DNA of 64,000 bases from Octopus vulgaris (lineage: Eukaryota). The position numbers and the translations under genes were made by a program. Of this stretch, positions 57,784 through 64,000 are shown one piece after another. The DNA is taken from positions 48,422,001 to 48,486,000 of the forward strand of contig OX597820.1 in the NCBI GenBank assembly GCA_951406725.2. The letters are read 5' to 3'. Numbering within the stretch: the stretch's first letter is position 1; each line of letters starts with the position of its first letter. The notes under the pieces are model-generated. The model saw nothing but the letters and a program-made list of their open reading frames with translations. It was not told the DNA's origin and did no database searches.

Positions 57784-58017
57784 AGGGTAGCTATATCAAA
57801 CTCCATTCTTCACCAAGTGCCACCTTGAAGGGCTTTCAATCTAACAAATCAACTGCAGGACTTTTCTTTAAAGACTTGGTAGTTAGTATATTGGTCTTTT
57901 GATGAACGGCTAATTTGCGGGGACGTAAACACATAAATACCAGTTGTCAAACGGTTGTATGGACGAACACTGACATAGAGACACATACATACATACATAC
58001 ATACATACATACATACA

Positions 58018-58076
<59 letters not shown>

Positions 58077-58492
58077 GATGGGCTTCATTCAGTTTCCGTC
58101 TACCAAAGGTTTGGTCATCTTGAGGCTATAGATGACGTTTGCCCAAGATGCCACATGGTTGGGAAGCAATCTTTCTACCACTCAGCCACGTATATGCCTA
58201 TATACATATTGTATAAGTGTTAAAGTGTGAATTTATTCTACTCATTGTAGTAATAAGTACCGTGGTTCCAAAATCTTATTGCTTCTATTTTAAAGCTAAA
58301 TAATAGAAGAATAAATAATGGAAGAAAAGACAAAGAGAAAGAGAGGAAAACAAACAGAATAACTCATTAACCCATATCTCAGCTACATTTCGCAGTTAAA
58401 TTCTATACGCTGAACATCTTGCTGCAACTATACTGATCACTCGATGAAGTATGTTGCAAGCTGGATGTAATGGTATCGTTCCTATAATAGTA

Positions 58493-59665
58493 TCTTTATA
58501 TATATAAAACTGAGAATGTGTGTCTGTCTGTGTGTGTTCCCTAAAACTTGAGAACTACACAATCAATTTCTTTCAAATTTTACACATGCCTTACTTATTA
58601 TCCGGGAAGTGTCATCGGCAAAATAAAATTAACTTTTTGCCTAGGGCGAGCCTACAGCAATATCATATCTTCTCCACTACGATTCCCTAAAACTTGAGAA
58701 CTACACAACCAATTTCATTCAAATTTTACACATGCCTTACCTAGGGTCCATGTAGTTTCGTGGGCAAAAAATGTTCAACTTCTTGCCTAGAGCGAGCCCA
58801 TAGCAATATCATATCTTCTCCACTATTTCAGTATTACGTGTTAAAAGTGAAACAAATACATTTCTCTATTTTATGTCAGATACTTTCACTTTAACAATAG
58901 AAATAATAATAACAATTGAATTATATGTAGTAAGTAATAATTAAATTCAAACTAAAGTATAATATAATCGTAACATAAAAAAAGTAAAAATAGCAATTGG
59001 TATAAAATTGCATCAATGACTTGAACTTGAATAAGTGGTTTCACATGAATGGGAATAAATTAAAAATAAAATTAGCGTGCAGAAATGGAATAGTCCAGAT
59101 GGATAATAAAAAATTAAATTAAAGAAAAGACTATTGTCTATAAAGTATACAATGTAGAGAAAAAAGATTTGAACACATGGAGGAAAGCACCTTCGAAAAG
59201 TGTCTTGGTGCGACTATGAAAATTATCTAATCAGAGTCGGTAAATACGCCACAATAGAAGCAAGGTTCGAGTCAACGGAGCGTGCAAGGGAGTACTCGAC
59301 TCGAACTTGCAAAGTGGAAATATTTTATTTTAACCTTTATATCTGGGACGTAGGACGTCCCGGAAAAAATTTAAAATGCCCTCCCCCCGCCCCAGAAGTA
59401 GAGGTAGGCTGGATCGTAGCCACACTTCTATACAAGAGGGAGGACAAGATACAATTGATCGAAATTACAAGAGACGGGCTAACAATTCCAGTCTGTTATA
59501 TATTTTGAGTATTGTTATCACTAGCGATATCAAGATATAACTTTGTATTTTGTAATTATGTGTAGATGTATATATATAGATGTACATGTAATTTGTACAC
59601 ATATATATACACATATATACATGCACTAGCACTATGACCGGGCAACGACGGGTCTTTAATGCTAG
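58493..59665 (+). mobile_element. Putative non-autonomous Helitron, about 1.17 kb
   Basis: 5' A|TCTTTATATATATAAAACTGAG resembles the autonomous 5' end. 3' hairpin CCGGGCAACGACGGG followed by CTAG|T is nearly identical to the autonomous terminus. That both ends belong to one element is inferred. Confidence 0.65.
58537..58826 (+). repeat. Diverged 146-bp tandem duplication inside the small Helitron
   Basis: TTCCCTAAAACTTGAGAACTACAC...AGCAATATCATATCTTCTCCACTA occurs at 58537 and 58683. Confidence 0.9.
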
Positions 59666-59686
59666 TATATATATATATATATAATG

Positions 59687-59752
<66 letters not shown>

Positions 59753-59823
59753 GTATTAGGGAGTAAATCCAAACCTACTGGGAAAAATTAGATTTAGGAT
59801 TAAATCTAATTTTACAGTATAAA

Positions 59824-60003
59824 TATATATATATTAAATTAGAGATAAAACCACTATTAGGCAAATCAAACAGTGAAAAGCATAAACCAAAACATAGAAA
59901 TAAAATTAATATAATTAATTTTATTTCTATGTTTTGGTTTATGTTTTTCACTGTTTGATTTGCCTAATAGTGGTTTTATCTCTAATTTAATATATATATA
60001 TAT
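59824..60003. repeat. Near-perfect palindrome, ~87-bp arms, 3-nt loop
   Basis: AAATTAGAGATAAAACCACTATTAGGC..TAAAATTAAT ATA ATTAATTTTA..GCCTAATAGTGGTTTTATCTCTAATTT. Confidence 0.95.
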
Positions 60004-60996
60004 ATCATTCTATATAATTAACAGATGCACTACGCGCACGCGCACATACACACAGAGACACAGAAACACACACACACAGACACACACACAAACACGTACA
60101 CACATATGTGTATAGTTTGGACGAATGATTACGAAGTATTATTCTCCCAGTGTGGCTTCCTCAAAATGTTAAATTAAACATAGCCTCCGGTTATGCTATA
60201 CCTTACAAAGGAAATTTACAAGTAATCACACTGTGTCCAAATGATTCTGCCTTAGTATTTACGTTAAGGGCACTAGTGGCAGTAGAATGCTTCCTCACCA
60301 TTAAACCTACTTTCTGAATGCTGTAAGTCAAATTAAGTTGGCAATATTCTATCTCCCGAAGCTATTGTACAATAACTTACACTAACACACTGAAATTTTG
60401 TTCAAAGCGAACCGACGTGGTTCGTTATTGGTATCTCCGCAGGAGATCTTAGAAAGTAAAGAGATTTCACAAATTATATTACTAATTTTCTCTGAAGGTA
60501 TGATGACTCTGGCACCCCACAAGGGTCTTCTTAACAGCAATATAGTCCACTCCGCTATCCTTAATGCCTACAAAGACATTAGTTCACTATTACCGCTATG
60601 ACACCCCACAGGTAAATTTTTATCAGCACCAATTCTCCTGCAAGAACACCTGCTCTGACATCTATAAGAATACCACCAAGAAAATTTTCTCTCAATCACT
60701 AGCCGTGGAAATCAAATACAATTTCCTAGGGCATAGAGTCATAATTTCTCAACAGGGTCCCCGTAATTTAAGAATTGGACATCTACATTCTTGAAGATCC
60801 TGGTATTTAACCTAGTGCACTCACGCCTGAAGGCGGTACTGCAATGTTTCTTTATATTGTGAAGGACTCTAAAGAAGAGGGCAGGATCGGGATTCAAATC
60901 TTATTTACTATAACCTATTTCATCCGACTTTTTCTTTCTATACACATACAAAAGATAAAAGAAAATTGGCGAGCGATATATATTTATTAATATATA

Positions 60997-61403
<407 letters not shown>

Positions 61404-61429
61404 ACGGGCATACGGCATAGTGGAACGCA

Positions 61430-62290
61430 TCAGACAAACTTTCATACGGTGTCTGAGTTGCACTGCTGGGAGGCATTCACTTGAACTTGGCATCGTTAAT
61501 CGATCGGTAAGACGTATTTTGCATGAAGACCTGCATTTCCATCCGTATAAATTAATCATTGAAACCACGGAACTATGCACAGTTGCTTTACTTCGCACGT
61601 CACATGGAAGCAATTGTTGAGGCAAATAAAATCTCATTTTCATCTCAATAACATGGTGAATCAACAGAACTGTCGTTATTGGGCTCTTGAAAATCTGAGA
61701 TCGCTGCAGGAAAAACCACTGCTCAGCCCAAAAGTAGTGACTGTCTGGTGTACTTTTGGAAAAGCTGTCGTCAGCGGTCCTTACTTTTTAAAGTCAATGA
61801 ATGAAATACTATTACTGTGAACTCCGAGCATTACATCGAGATGATAAACAACTTCCTTGTGCCTGAATTACGACGACGACGTATGCCTATTCGACGTATA
61901 TGGTTTCAGCAGGATGGGGCGAGGGCCCACTTGGCCAGAGTATCAATGGACGTTCTTCAACCTCTCTTCGATGACTACCTCATTTCCAGGTTTGCTGACC
62001 ATCCTTGGGCCCCTCGATCCCCTGATCGTGTGTGTACGCATAAGCCCCGTTCACTGGACGATTTGAAGAAAGTTATTCGCGTGGAAGTCACCCAAATTGA
62101 CAGAGCAATGCTGGAGAGAGTGGAGGCTAACTTCTAAGAATGCCTTCAGAAATGCACCAATGAAAATGATCACCACATGACGGATGTCGTTTTCTAAATA
62201 TGCTAATTAAATACGAAAATATTGACGTCAATTGAATTTGTTTGCAGCTAAAATTTTCATAAACGTCCATTCTTTCTGCTCCAACCTGTA
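61430..62290 (+). mobile_element. 5'-truncated Tc1/mariner-superfamily element (rosa/DD41D-like), decayed transposase
   Basis: VRRILHEDLHFHPYK, HFHL..VNQQNCRYWA, VTVWC, WFQQDGARAH, WAPRSPD (following motif deleted). Ends ..AACCTG|TA. Confidence 0.8.
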
Positions 62291-62291
62291 G

Positions 62292-62325
<34 letters not shown>

Positions 62326-62785
62326 GGGGAATGGCAATAAACACAAGTTTATACTATTTGTTCCTGTGTACGGTTTCCAGCTAGCCGCTGTTGGAACGAT
62401 TTTCGTCTGCCTCCTATATAAAGTATGTTTTTAAATATAGCGCTTCCATAAGAGATGTTATCTCTGGATGAATACCGCAGTAAATTGTCTTTCAACGATA
62501 TATTTACATTGAATAAGCTATATTGATGGCTATGTATATATATATTCATATACTTATGGACATACATACATGTGTCTATATATATATATATACGCATAAC
62601 TGTGTACCTATATACATGAACCCATACACACACAAATATATATACATATATATATAGATATGTGTACATAAATACATAAATATATTTATATATATATACA
62701 TATATCCAATATATGCAGATATATGCCTATAGATATAAACACACACACACACGCATATATATAGGGACAGATATATATATATAGG

Positions 62786-62918
<133 letters not shown>

Positions 62919-63550
62919 TTACACATAGGCACATTTATATAAAATTATTAGACATTTAGACATACAAAGATAGACAGGGATAGAGAGGACAGCTTAAGTG
63001 AATGTAAGTGAGATGAAATGAAAACAAGTGGGGTAGACTGGAGGTTGAGAAATGATGGAAAGAATGCGAGAAAACTTATATTAATCTATTTACAATATTC
63101 ATAATGGCGTTGTCTGCTACAGAAACACACACACGCACTCACATACACGCATTCATATACAAGGGTGTATATGTACGTGTTCAAGTGTTTGTGTCTACTG
63201 GCTCTTGGGATTAGTCAAAGACGAAAGTTTCGTATCGACTTCTGGGTTTCTGTTCTTGTTAAGCCGACTGGAAAACGAGACGGACTGACTTTAATGCTTT
63301 TTATGGTTGATTATGATATTAGAAATATGTTTTAGGTTGACACTTACAGGTATCGATTTTCTATGACTGTATCCTAGACGCATGTGTGTATGTGTAAACG
63401 TATATGTGTGTATGTATGTATGTAGGTATACATGTTTACTGGTTTGTCCATAAATATTCAGTTAACACACACGCGTAAAGACAAGCACAAATAGCAGTGT
63501 TCACAAGCACTGACATAAGCGCATATGCGTATTCATGTCCGTACATACTT

Positions 63551-63624
<74 letters not shown>

Positions 63625-63880
63625 CATATATATATATATAGTCATATATATATATGTATATATATATAAGCATGTATATGTGTATACATATATATATGTT
63701 TAGCGAGATAGAGAGAGAGAGAGAGAGAAATAAGAAGAGGAAATGAGAGAGAGACACACAGACAAATATAGAAAGATATATAGCTGGACAGGTAGATGTA
63801 TAGATAGAAATAGGCACATATACATGTATAAATAGAAAGTGGGGGCATACGAGAGAGGAATTGAGAGTGCGCAAGAAAAA

Positions 63881-63916
<36 letters not shown>

Positions 63917-64000
63917 ATGATGGAACGAAAGAGAGAGGGAGAGAGAAATTGAGAAAGAAAGAAAGGAAGAAAGAAAGAGAGAAAGTAAGACAACATGAAA

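Overview
AT-rich, microsatellite-saturated eukaryotic DNA (intergenic or intronic) with no host exon I can recognise; nearly all short ORFs in the track are translations of (TA)n, (CA)n, (AAT)n, (GAT)n or (GAA)n repeats. The SINE families and repeat landscape look like those of octopus, which is an inference. The one large coding element is a near-intact 6.15-kb Helitron (36113-42262, minus) whose ~1620-codon Rep/Helicase ORF is broken only by one in-frame TGA; a probable non-autonomous relative lies at 58493-59665. The rest is decayed transposons: Penelope-like elements (PLEs), an RTE-type LINE, a hAT element, several Tc1/mariner elements and many tRNA-derived SINEs. The most interesting unannotated signal is a set of six minimal hammerhead-ribozyme-like motifs. 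Two sit just downstream of PLE endonuclease ends and carry a compensatory A3-U8 swap of the normally invariant C3-G8 core pair. One lies inside a tRNA-headed SINE. Three belong to one repeat family with a CUGU(A/U)GA core. There are also many long palindromes next to TA tracts.
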